Of a stretch of 64,000 bases of DNA, positions 25,198-37,130 are shown one piece after another. The notes below the pieces were generated by a model. The model made no database searches, was not told the origin of the DNA, and worked only from the letters and a program-made list of their open reading frames with translations. Position 1 is the stretch's first letter, and every line of letters begins with the position of its first letter. The translations under genes were made by a program, and so were the position numbers. This DNA comes from Mobula hypostoma (lineage: Eukaryota). Location: NCBI RefSeq assembly GCF_963921235.1, contig NC_086097.1, forward strand, positions 147,314,001-147,378,000. Reading direction: 5' to 3'.

Positions 25198-26130
25198 AGT
25201 TCAAAAAGTTCGAAGTAAGTTTCTTATCAAAGTACATATAAGGTAAGTAAAGGCATCCGTTAGTCTTGCGAGACAATGGAGAGACAATGGATCTGCGCCT
25301 GGAAAGTGTTCACTCTCCAGGGTGCAGGCCTGGGCAAGGTTGTATGGAAGACCAGCAGTTGCCCATGCTGCAAGTCTCCCCTCTCCATGACACCAATGTT
25401 GTTCAAGGGAAGGGCATTAGGACCCATACAGCGTGGCACTAGTGTCATCACAGAGCACTGTGTGATTAAGTGCCTTGCTCAAGGACACAACACGTTGCCT
25501 CGGCTGGGGCTCGAACTCACAACCTTCAGGTCGCTAGTCCCATGCCTTAACCACTTGGTCACATGCCCACACCAAAGTACATATATGTTTCCATATATTA
25601 CCCTGAGATTCATTTTACTTGCAAATGTTCACAATAGAACAAATAAGTACAACAGAATCAAAGAAAAACTACACACAAACGACTGACAAACATCTAATGT
25701 GAAAAAGAAAAGAAAATTTTTAAATATAAAAATAAATAATAAATAAATAAAAAGATAAACAGATAAATAATTAGTACTGAGAACGAGCTGTAGTGTACTT
25801 GAAACTGAGTCCAAACATTGTGGAATCAGTTCAGTGCTGGGGTAAGTAAAGTTATCCACACTAGTTCAGGAGGTTAATGGTTGAAGGGTAATAAATGTTC
25901 CTGAACCTGGTTGTGTGGGACCTATGATTCCTGTTCTTCTTTCCAATGGCAGCAGTAAGAAGAGAGCATGGCCTGGTTGGAGGGGGTTTTTGATGATGGA
26001 TGCTGCTGTCTTGTGACAGTGTTCCTTGTAGATGTGCTCAGTGGGTGGGTGGTAGGGAGACTTCCCTGCGATGGACAGTGCACTATTTCTCTTCTTAACC
26101 ACTGTATTAACTTGTGCAGCAACTTTGTGA
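25198..26130 (-). mobile_element. Rex1-type LINE 3' end
   Basis: KTAASIIKNPLQPGHALFLLLP; ttgaac-type tail; hosts a SINE. Confidence 0.75.
25241..25572 (-). mobile_element. tRNA-derived SINE with a CORE-like domain
   Basis: A box TGACCAAGTGG (25551-25561), B box GAGTTCGAGCC (25508-25518), tgtgtccttgagcaaggcacttaa; 13-bp TSD caaagtacatata 25228-25240/25573-25585. Confidence 0.88.
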
Positions 26131-27630
26131 TATGGACATGGACCACAAGATCCCTCTAACCCTCCATACTATGAGAAATCTTGTCATTAATCCTGTGTTT
26201 TGCATTCAGTTTTGATCTTCCAAAGCATATCGCTTCACACATGATCTCCCATGCACAAAGCCATGCTGACATAATTAAACGCTGTCCTTCCAGATATGCA
26301 TATACCTTATCCTTCAGATTCCTCTTCCAAAACTTACCTACCACTGATTTTAGATTTACTGGTCTACATGTCCCAGGTTTTTCATTGCTGCCCTTCTTAA
26401 ATAAAGGCAAGATGTTGGCTACCTTCCATCCAGCAGCATCTCACCTGTGGTTAACGATGGTGCAAATATCAAGGCTAGGCTTCTGCAATTTTTTCTCTGG
26501 CTTCCCACTGTGTTCTTGGATACACATGGTCACGCCCTGGAGATTTATCTAATTTAATAGCTTTAAGACATCCAGCACCTTCTCCACTGTAATATGGATG
26601 TGGTGTATCTCCACATCCCCACAAGACTTCCACATTTACTTTTTTGAGTTCTGAAGTCTTCATGTTTATCTCTGAGATAAAAACAGAGGAGACATGTTCA
26701 CTGAGGATGTTGCCCATCTCCTGCGACTCAACACAAAAATGTCCACTTTGGTCTTAGGAGTGCGCTATTCCCTCTAGTTATTATTTTCCCTTATTATACT
26801 TATAAAATAACTTCGGACTTTCCTGAATCATCTCTGTCAAAGATATATTATACCTTGTTTTTGCTCTCCTGATGTCATTCTTGTGCACACTCCTGCATAC
26901 CCTATCTCAATTCAGGCATTTGCTTGACCCCAGCTCTCCATACCTGACCCATGTCACCTCTTTCCTGGCCAGAACCTCAGAATACAGTACCTTGTCATCC
27001 AGGGTACCCTACTCCGACCGACCTTGTACTTCATTCTAACGGGAACATGCAGTCCTTGAGTTCTCACTACCTTACCTTTAAAATTCTCCCACTTGTCTGT
27101 GGTCCCTTTACCTGCAAACAACCTACTCCAATCATAGCTCCTGTCACATACTGTCAAAATTTCTCTTGCCCCAATTATGAACATGAATCTAATGGAGCAT
27201 TTCCATGCCTTTCCATAAGGTTTAAAACTAACAGAACTATGTTCACTGGTCCCAAATTATGCCCCACCATCACTTGCCCATACTACCCCAAGAGTACGTC
27301 AGGATTGCTTTGCACTGTCCCAAACAGAGCGCTCTATATATTACCCAAGGAAACATTCCCGAACCCACTTAACAAATTCCACCCTATCTAAGCTTGGGGT
27401 CCGAAATAGCAGACTCATTTTATGTTAGGAAATTTAAAATCCCCTATGGCAGGTGTATTGTTTTTTAATTCTCCACAAGATCCTACATACTTGTTCTTTT
27501 AATTCTCTTTGAATTTTTGGGGACCCATAGGACAATTTCAACCACATGATCACTCCTTATTATTTCCCAGTCCCATGATAAAGCCTCACTGGATGATCCT
27601 TCAATTTCATCTCTGACTACTGCTGTGACT
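26130..27630 (-). mobile_element. CR1 ORF2 fragment
   Basis: PLFKKG..PGTCRPVNL, DKSPGRDHVYPR. Confidence 0.85.
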
Positions 27631-28804
27631 CAATAAGCCATCAATTACTCAATACGTATATTTATGCCTCAGATAGAACTATGAAATTTCTATGTCTGAA
27701 CAGCAAATATCAAAACCAACAATTTTTGAGCTGTATGGTTTGAGGACCCGGCATATAAGAAAGTAACATTAACATTATGGGCCAGATTACATTTTAACAG
27801 TTAATTTATGTGCAGTCAATCTCCCATAAATCAATGGGCATAAACATCACTCTGTTACTATGTTCCACCCTTGTTTATAAGTTGATGCCAATTTTAAAAT
27901 TCTTCCTCCCTACAGTTCCTTTCCTTCCGATTTGAATTATTACCTGTATTAGGGTCACTAATTCTATGGAAGAAATAAGTATGGTAGTTGTGTTTTAATT
28001 AGCCATAGTGTAATCATTTAAATTATTGATTGTGATTTTAAAGTGCTTTTTATTGTTTTTGTAATAATTATGTAATAATCAGAGACATTTGAAAGCACTT
28101 CCAAGCCCTTTGAGACTGCACACTGTCAATAATTTTAGGATTAGGGTTGGAGATATCTCACAAAGTGCAGCAAACAACAAGCAGTGCTTTAGCCTCAGAC
28201 ACTGCATATTCTTTTTCAAAACATAATCCAAAATTCTGCCAATTCATGGACAAGCCGTGCCTTAACTCTACTTATTTGTTTTAGTGAATATTCCTTCATA
28301 TTATTCTCTGTCTAAAGTTCCAATTGTCTAAGCACATGTTTAACTCTTGATAATCTGAGTTAGAACCACTTCCTGATTTTGAATCTGAATGACCTGGCTC
28401 TACTTCGGTGCCGTTGTCCTGGACTCACTGACAGATGAAGACATTGCAGCATCACTATCTATTTAATAATTCAGATCAAAGAATGTAGCCCATATTCACA
28501 ATTAATCATTCAAAACATGAAACCATTCATCCTTTGGAAACTGATATTTACCACATATAACTTGCCAAGAAATTCCAAAAACTTCCAAGAAATTTGCTCC
28601 TTCCTCATCTCTCCCATTATGTAAGACCTGATACTGTAAAACATCAGTAGTTTGGCACTCATTGAAATTTGAAGACACACCAGCATATGTTCCAGACTGT
28701 TCAATATTACTCCAATTAATATACCAAATTACTTTTAATTTACTTTTATTTTTGATGGTACATAGCCAATGGAAATGGTGGGTTTAAAGAGAATATGGAA
28801 GTTG

Positions 28805-28992
28805 TGTTTCTCTCTCCCCTTCCCCCAAATTTAAATCTACTCCTCAACTGTTTTCTGAGTCTTGCTGAAGTGACTCAGCCCAAAATATGAACTGTACTTT
28901 TTTCCATAGATGCTGCCTGGCCTCCTGAGTTCCTCCAGCATTTTTTGTGTGTGGCTTGGATTTCCTGCGTCTGCAGATTTTCTCTTGTTTGT
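28805..28992 (+). mobile_element. Degenerate PLE terminal repeat
   Basis: atagatgctgcctggcctcctgagttcctccagca...ctgcagatttt; hammerhead core decayed. Confidence 0.7.
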
Positions 28993-29071
28993 AATTGGAT
29001 CACCGCACACTGCAAAGACTCTTCCTGGGATGCCTGCCCTGAAGAAGTTTAAATCTTCTCTTCAACAGGAG

Positions 29072-29600
29072 TTCAGAATCAGAATTAGGTTTATTATCAC
29101 TGGCATGTGACATGAAATTTGTTAACTTAGCAGCAACAGTTCAATGTAATACATCATCTAGCAGAGAGAGAGAAAAAATAATAATTAAACAAGTAAATCA
29201 ATTATGTATATTAAATAGATTATTTAAAAATGTGCAAAAACAGAAACACAGTATATTAAGAAAATGAGGTAGTATCCAAAGCTTCAATGTCCATTTAGGA
29301 ATTGGATGGCAGAGGGGAAGAGGCTGTTCCTGAATTTCTGAGTGTGTGCCTTCAGGCTCCTGTATCTCCTACCTGATGGTAACAGTGAAAAAAGGGTGCT
29401 GGAGGTCCTTAATAATGGACGCTGCCTTTCTGACACACCGCTCCCTAAACATGTCCTGGGTACTTTGTATGCTAGTGCCCAAGATGGAGCTGACTAGATT
29501 CTGCAGCTCCTTTTGGTTCTGTGCAGTAGCCGCTCCATACCAGACGGTGATGCGGCCTGTCAGAATGCTCTCCACAGTACAGCTATAGAGGTTTATGAGT
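29072..29600 (-). mobile_element. Rex1-type LINE 3' end
   Basis: ESILTGRITVWYG..RKAASIIKD; tcagaa tail. Confidence 0.8.
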
Positions 29601-29619
29601 GTTTTTGAGTTCAGTGAAG

Positions 29620-29940
29620 CCCTCGCTCACTGCTCCCCTTCTGTGATCTCTGTTGCTTTCTGACTCTTCCACCACATTCTTATCCAGACCTGCTACTACA
29701 CCCATGTATCCTTCCTGGGAATGTGCCTTCACTGCCAGCTTGTACCACATGACTTCCAGATTCTTTATCAAGCTCCCCCTCTCTGGTTTCACCTACCACC
29801 TTGTGTTTCTCTCTCCCCTCCCCCACCTTTTAAATCTACTCCAGTCCTGCCAAAGGGTCTTGGTCCAAAACGTCGACTGTACTTTTTTCTATAGATGTTG
29901 CCTGACCTGCTCACTTTCTCCAGCATTTGTGTGTGTTGTA
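29620..29940 (+). mobile_element. PLE 3' region with decayed hammerhead repeat
   Basis: Similar to 2430-2730; cagtcCTGCCAA..AAAACGTCgactg. Confidence 0.7.
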
Positions 29941-31056
29941 TGGAAATCAAGGGATTGCTGAATTTAAAGGGAGTGGGGGAAATAGAGTTATGATGACTTT
30001 GGAAATCCCAGTTGATTATCAGATTAATAGAATGTTACAGTGTCACAATCCTGTTACCATTTGAATACAATTCCTTGATAGATCTTCACATTCAACTCTT
30101 GGTTACCTTGATGACAACCTTCACTGTGGTCTCAGTTGATCCCAGTTGATGCATCTTGATTTTTCAACATTAAAAATAACCTTTCTGCAATAATTTGCTC
30201 CTTCAAATGTGCAGCAATTCAATGAATTTTGACAGAATAAATATGGCAATTGAAAATGATCATGAAAACACCACAGAAATAAAATGCAAAACAGAACCGT
30301 TTCAGCTGACAGCTCATACCAAAGCACAACTTGATTAATTGAACTGTTTTCCAAATCTGAACTTCCCGTGGCATTTATTGCACACAGGTTCTGTTCTTCA
30401 ATCTATTGGTAGACATAATGGGTGTTTATGCTTTCTAAATTTCAAACAATGGCTTACTTTAAAAATAAACTTCTGTGTGGTGAATGGTTGGTGTCAGTTG
30501 ATCTCAGGAAGCTTTGCAACAACATTTTAACTTGGGATCATTGCAATGAATGAAATTTATTTCGGTCAGTACAAACATAACATTCATTCATTCATTCATT
30601 CGAATCATTGGAAGAAGCTAGTCTTAAAAATTTAATTGAATGATTGCTGGTTTCTGATAGAAAGACAACATTAGGAGTTAGAGGAATTGTTTAGTGTTTT
30701 GTTTTTTATTGTGCTTCCAAGGTGGGGAAAATGTCAGTGATTGTTACTTAAGTCTTCCAACTTGAGAATGCCACTCCTCTGGCACCGATTTTCAGCACCA
30801 GGAGGGCAGCCAACTGTCCCTGTTATATTTACAACCTATATGACTGTGACTGGGCTAGTTTGTGGTCTGGGTTATGCTTCAGGTCTGTATCTACAGAAAA
30901 TTAATTGAAGTTGCCAAAACTCATTTCAGATGGGATTCATACGTCCACAGAGACATTCAGTTTATAAACCTGCTTGGGATTCAAAGCATTCAGTGTTGAG
31001 TGTGTGGAAATTTAACTAATTGATTTGATCTAGACTGCACTTACTCAACCAATCTT

Positions 31057-31904
31057 CTTTTTATATTTTTTTTGCTCAGCATAACAAAACTTTCTATTTC
31101 CAAGTACATTTCTTCCCCTCACATATATCAGCTATCAGAACACTTCCATCAAAGTATAGACATCACCACCACATCCTATACAAAAGCCCTTATTAGTATA
31201 GCAGACAGGTTTACATCTACATACTGTAGAAAAGGTTGAAATATTTTATGAAAACTATTTGTTTTTGAGTGTACCATACATTTTAAAAAGTCCAAAGGAA
31301 TGTATTCCATGATTAATTTACGCCAACCAGAAAGTCCAGGGGCCTTATCGGATATCCAACAAAGTAAAATGTTCTTCCTCGCACAAAAAGTTAGGATGTT
31401 AAAAAGTGTTTTCTGATGTGCATTAATAATACAACTGCTGGGTGGGCCTAAGAGAAAAAACACTGAGTCCAGTTCAAGCTCCATCTTCAGAATCTTTTCT
31501 ACTTTACCCAAAATATCACTCCACTATGCCTGAAGTTTGGGACAAGTCCAAAAACAATGGGTGAGAGTTCCAATATTTCCTTTACATTTAGAACACATTG
31601 GAGAAACCCCCGTCTTAAATTTCGAGAGACGATCTGGAGTCAGATGGGCTCTATGCAGAATTTTGAGTTGCAATGCTTTAGTTCTATTACAAACTGAAAT
31701 TTTCTTTGCATTATCACAGATGTCTTCCCATGTTTCAGCTGTAATTTCTACTCCCAGCTCTCTCTCCCAGACCCTTCTCAACTGCTCAGCCTCTCCACAA
31801 GAACATTCCCTCAGGATGCTGTAAAAAGTACTAATGGAGACTTCACCCTTAGAACAAAACACCCTCTTTTCTGTGTCAGAGCTATAGAAATCAGTTAGCA
31901 ATGA
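31057..31904 (-). mobile_element. 5'-truncated L1/Tx1-clade LINE
   Basis: QLKILHRAH..CSKC..LTHCFWTC zinc-binding motif; TSD tta(c/t)tcaaccaatctt 31041-31056/31905-31920. Confidence 0.9.
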
Positions 31905-32245
31905 TTATTCAACCAATCTTAACCTTGCTTTCAAAAAAATTGCAAAAGCAGTAATAACCTTTCATAAGTTTTAGTGAAAAGTAATTAACAAACAATAACT
32001 CACCTTGCTGCTTCATAGCTGTTGTATGATCTGAGTTTTTCCAGTATTTTTGTGATAACAATTATGGATGGAAAAGATAGATTCAGGCAAGTAGAACAGA
32101 AAAGGGAGAAAATATTACAAAAAATCTGATAAAGCGGAGAAAGCTGGTATAAGAACATGAAAGAAGTCATGATGGACAATCTGCTGAATGTGGAAGCTTG
32201 GTGGGATTAAAGGAGAGAACAAGGCAGGCTGTTTCTGAGAGAGGC

Positions 32246-32249
<4 letters not shown>

Positions 32250-32279
<30 letters not shown>

Positions 32280-32320
32280 ACTCTATCTCTTTATCTATCT
32301 ATCTCTCTGTATACCTCTCT
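32250..32320. repeat. (CT)n/(TCTA)n microsatellite
   Basis: Direct reading of the sequence. Confidence 0.85.
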
Positions 32321-33454
32321 TTGACAAGGTCCCGCATGGGAAGTTAGTTAGGAAAATTCAGTCGCTAGGTATACATGGAGAGGTGGTAAATTTGATTAGA
32401 CATTGGCTCAATGGAAGAAGCCAAAGAGTGGTAGTAGAGAATTGCTTCTCCGAGTGGAGGCCTGTGACTAGTGGTGTGCCACAGGGATCAGTGCTGGGTC
32501 CATTGTTATTTGTCATCTATATCAATGATCTGGATGATAATGTGGTAAATTGGATCAGCAAGTTTGCTGATGATACAAAGATTGGAGGTGTAGTAGACAG
32601 TGAGGAAGATTTTCAGAGCCTGCAGAGGGACTTGGACCAGCTGGAAAAATGGGCTGAAAAATGGCAGATGGAGTTTAATACTGACAAGTGTGAGGTATTG
32701 CACGTTGGAAGGATAAACCAATGTAGAACATACAGGGTTAATGGTAAGGCACTGAGGAGTGCAGTGGAACAGAAGGATCTGGGAATACAGATACAAAATT
32801 CCCTAAAAGTGGCGTCACAGGTAGATAGGGTCGTAAAGAGAGCTTTTGGTGCATTGGCCTTTATTAATCAAAGTATTGAGTATAAGTGCTGGAATGTTAT
32901 GATGAGGTTGTATGAAGCATTGGTGAGGCCGAATCTGGAGTATTGTATTCAGTTTTGGTCACCAAATTATAGGAAGGATATAAATAAGGTTGAAAGAGTG
33001 CAGAGAAGGTTTACAAGGATGTCAGAGAAAGGTTGAATAGGTTGGGACTTTATTCCCTGGAGCATAGAAGAATGAGGGGAGATTTGATAGAGGTATATAA
33101 AATTATGATGGGTATAGATAGAGTGAATGCAAGCAGGTTTTTTCCACTGAGGCAAGGGGAGAAAAAAACCAGGGGACATGGGTTAAGGGTGAGGGGGGAA
33201 AAATTTAAAGGGAACATTAGTTGGGGCTTCTTCACACAGAGAGTGGTGGGAGTATGGAATGAGCTGCCAGTCGAGGTGGTAAATGCGGGTTCTTCTTTAA
33301 CATTTAAGAATAAATTGGACAGATACATGGATGGGAGGTGTATGGAGGGACATGGTCCGTGTGCAGGTCAGTGGGACTAGGCAGAAAATGGTTCAGCACA
33401 GCCAGGAAGGGCTAAAAGGCCTGTTTCTGTGCTGTAGTTTCTATGGTTTCTATG
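32321..33454 (+). mobile_element. Relatively young CR1, 5'-truncated
   Basis: Open 217-aa RT stretch (SGVPQGSVLGP, FADDTK); one small deletion/frameshift near 33023; tttctatg tail. Confidence 0.95.
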
Positions 33455-33596
33455 CATATATGTTTTGCAAGTGTGTGCCTTAGTGTAACAGATGCAGGCA
33501 TCATAAGTGGCAGATTGCGGCCTACATAAACTGCAGTTTTAAGTGTGTGATGTTTAACTTCCATAAATTATTAATGTTTGGTGTAGTGTGGGAATT

Positions 33597-35612
33597 AGAC
33601 CATAGACCATAAGGTATAGGAGCAGAATTAGGCCATTTTGCCTGCCATTTCATCATGGCTGATCGATTTTTCCTTTCAGCCCCAATCTCCTGCCTTCTCC
33701 CTGAATCCATCCATGCCCTGACCAATCAAAATCTATCAAGCTCGGTCTTAAATATGCATAAGGACTTGGCCTCCATAGCTGCCTGTGGTGAAGAATTCCA
33801 CAGATTCACCACCCTCCGGCTAAAGAAATTCCTGCTCATCTCCATTCTAAACGGCCATTGCAGTATTCTGAGGCTGTGTCCTCTGGTCATAGACTCTCCC
33901 ACCATAGGAAACATCCCTCTCCACATCCACTCTATCAAGGCCTTTCACCATTTGATAGGTTTCAATTAGGTCACCCCTCATTCTTTTGTATTCATTGAAT
34001 ACAGGCCCAGAGCCATCAAATGCTCTTCATATGACGAGCCATTCAATCTTGGAATCATTCTTGTGAACCTCTTTTGAACCCTCTCCCGTTTCAGCACATC
34101 CTTTCTATAATAAGGGCGCCAAAACTGCTCACAATACTCGAAGTGATGCTTAACCAATGCTTTATACAGTTTCAACTTTACATCCTTGCTTTTATATTCT
34201 AGTCCTCTTGAAATTAATGTTAACATTGCATTTGCCTTCCTCACTACAGATTCAAAGTATCCTTCAGGGAATCCTGCACAAGGACTCCGCAGTACTTTTG
34301 TGCCTCAGTTTTTTGTATTTTCTCTCCTTTTATAAAATAGTCAACACTTTCATTTCTTCCACCGAAGTGCACAACCATACACTTCCCGACACTGTATCCC
34401 ATCTGCCATTTCATAGCCTATTCCCCTAACCTTCCTAAGTTTTTTTAAGTCTTTCTACTTCTTCAAATCTATTTGACCCTCCACCTATCTTAATATCTTC
34501 CGAAAACTTTGCAGCAAAGTCATCAATTCCATCATCCAAATCATTGACATATAATACCAAAAAAATCAATCCCAACACACCCCTGTGGAACACCATTACT
34601 CACTGGCATCCAGCCAGAAAAGGTTCCCTTTAATCACACTCTTTGCCTCCTGCCAATCAGCCATTGCTTTATCCATGCTAAAATATTTCCTGTAATACCT
34701 TGGCTCATAGCTTGTTAAACAGCCTCATGTGTGGTACCTCATCAAAGGCCTTCTGAAAATCCAGTTCTCCTTTGTCTATCCTGCTTGTTATTTCTTCAAA
34801 GAATTCCAACAGATATTCCCTTAAGGAAACCATGCTGACTATGGCCAATTTTATCATGTGCCTCCAAGTACCCTGAGACCACATCCTTCATAATCAACTA
34901 CAACATCTTCCCACCCACTGAGGTCAGACTAACTGGCCAGTAATTTCCTTTCTTCTGCCTCTCTCCCTTCATAAAGAATGAAGTGACATTTGCAATTTTT
35001 CAGTCTTCCGGAACTATTCCAGTATCCAGTGATTCTTGAAAGATCATTTCTAATGCTTCCACAATCTCTTCAGCCACCTCTTTCAGAACCCCACCTAGTC
35101 CAGGTGACTTACCTACCTTAAAACTTTTCAGCTTCCTAAGAACTTTCTCTTTCATAATTGTAACTTTACACACTTCATGACCCCTGACATCATACTGCTC
35201 GAATCTTCCACAGTGTAGACAGATGCAAAATATTTATTCAGTTTATGTGCTGTTTCCTTGTCTCCCATTACTACCTTTCCAGCGTTACTTTCCAGAGGGT
35301 TGATATCCACTCTCGCCTCTCTTTGACACTTAATGTATCTGGAGAAACATTTGGTGTCCTCTTTAGTAATACTGGCTGGCTTACTTTCGTACTCCATCCT
35401 TACCTCCTTAATATCTCTTTTAGTTGCCTTCTGGTGGCTTTTAAAAGCTTCCCAGTTCTCTAACTTCCCACTAACTTTTGCACCATTATATGCCCTCTCT
35501 TTGGCCTTTGCGTTGGCTTTTCTTGTTAACCATGGTTGTCTTCATTTGCCTTTAAAATACTTCTTCTTCTTTGTAATGAATATATCCTGTGCCTTCCAAA
35601 TTGCTTCTAGAA
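33597..35612 (-). mobile_element. CR1 ORF2 3' half, degraded
   Basis: FEYCEQFW, RNFFSRRVVNLWNS, LNKYFASV; catagac tail. Confidence 0.9.
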
Positions 35613-35614
35613 AT

Positions 35615-35860
35615 GAATTAACACTTCTCAGGCTTCCAACCGGGTCCATGTTTCAATTATAACCGACGTTTTGATGACAAATTCCACCATGTTCAACAGG
35701 AATGATGCCTGTGCATTTCTAGTCCAGTGACATTTATACCCCCGCAGTCCATCCCTCCTGATAGGTTAGACGTCATCCAATCAGGTTTCCACTCTCCCAC
35801 CTTATTTACAATTGAATTCCAATTCTTAATTAGAGTGAGACCTTTGTCTATGTTAAATTC
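35615..35860 (-). mobile_element. Probable second PLE-family terminal repeat
   Basis: Minus strand cCTGTTGA-acatgg..gtcatc-AAAACGTC (35661-35700), a decayed hammerhead pattern. Confidence 0.45.
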
Positions 35861-35899
35861 ATAGGTTCATGGGCCAGTGAGATAGCCCAGATGAAGGGT

Positions 35900-37130
35900 A
35901 GGAGAAGTTGTAAAGTGGCTCTAGCAAATGTAGTTGTCGTGACATCATAGAGAACTTGCTTTGTGTGCCAGCAACCATGTCATGTAGCAAAGATCTGTGG
36001 GAATAGACCTGGAGAGTAAAGGAGTTGATTTGTTACAGCTGTGACCCCTCAGGCCATGGTTGGAGACAGTGTTCTGAAAAACGAGGGAAGGGTAAAAATC
36101 ACTCACCAAAGCAGGCAGAATCCACAGCTGCACCCTCTCTTTCTAATTTGGCTGCTGACCAGATTATTGAGCTGGTGAGGTCAGACAAATGGCTGACAGT
36201 AGCCCCTGTTGCCAGTAGTATTTGTCCACGGATGTACACAAGAGGTTTATCGGGGCCAGCAATGCACAATGTTGGTGGATATGGGATCTTCAGTATTGAT
36301 AACTGATCTACCCTTGCCCACAACCGGAGAGAGACAACTTACATTACTAGTGCAGGATGTAAAACAAGGAGGGCGGAGAGAAATTGGTCCCAGGCACTTG
36401 AGATTGAGGGAGTGCAGCTTCCTGTAGGTTTTTGGGTTTACCCAAACAATGAAGGTACTATCCTGGGCATAGACACACTGAGTAAGGCAGGTGCTACCAC
36501 CGACTCAGGAAAAGGAGAAATAACATGGACAAGACAGGGACAATGAACATATGTGATCCGCAAAGCAGCTAACATGGCCCACAGAGAGACAGCAGCCCCG
36601 AGCAGGGAGGAGAAACAGGGTGATGTGTGGGAATCATATCTGGGGGTCCCAAGGGGAGGGGCCAAGCACAGTCAGGAGCTGTTAGAAGTAGTGTAGCTGA
36701 CTGAGGTGATCACAGTAAAGACTCACCAGAAAGGGGGTAGTAAAGAGCAGAAAGGAAAAGAGTGGGCAGGCATCAGGTCAAAGAGGACAGAGGAAAAACA
36801 AGAAGCAAGCAAAACTACAAGTGAACAGAAAGAAAGTACAACTGCCGGTTTAGTAAGATTACATGGCAATGTGAAGGACCGAGAAAAACAATAGCAGCAC
36901 ATTGCTGATCAGAGGGAGCCGGAGGGAAGGGAGATAGTCCTCCCACACCCAGGTGACCAAGTCATGGTGAGGGTGCTGCCTGAAAGGGCACTTCCAGATG
37001 GATCGTACCACAGATGGTACTCTTAACAAATGATACTTGTCCCTGTGTGCAGATTCGTTGAGGCAGCCAGTGGAAACTCTGGACTCAGGTTAAACCGTAT
37101 GACTTACCTTCTTGTTGCTGTTACAGACAG
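35900..37130 (+). mobile_element. ERV-like/LTR-element relic: gag with two CCHC knuckles, aspartic protease, integrase C-terminus
   Basis: CFVCQQPCHVAKIC (35957-35998), CYSCDPSGHGWRQC (36031-36072), MLVDMGSS, ILGIDTL, PHPGDQVMVR..RW. Confidence 0.75.

Noticed and set aside
25508..25572. Possible tRNA gene
   Set aside because: It is the head of a TSD-flanked SINE; no complete cloverleaf or Pol III terminator
3537..28635. Other AG..GT-bounded minus-strand exon candidates (~3537-3574, ~4520-4554, ~28552-28633)
   Set aside because: Weak polypyrimidine tracts, no recognisable peptides and no coherent reading frame between them
30795..30811. CTCF-like motif gcaccaggagggcagc
   Set aside because: Spacing does not fit CCASYAGRKGGC without multiple core mismatches
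32383..33036. 217-aa RT ORF as a functional gene
   Set aside because: 5'-truncated CR1 lacking the endonuclease and RT N-terminus, with a downstream frameshift
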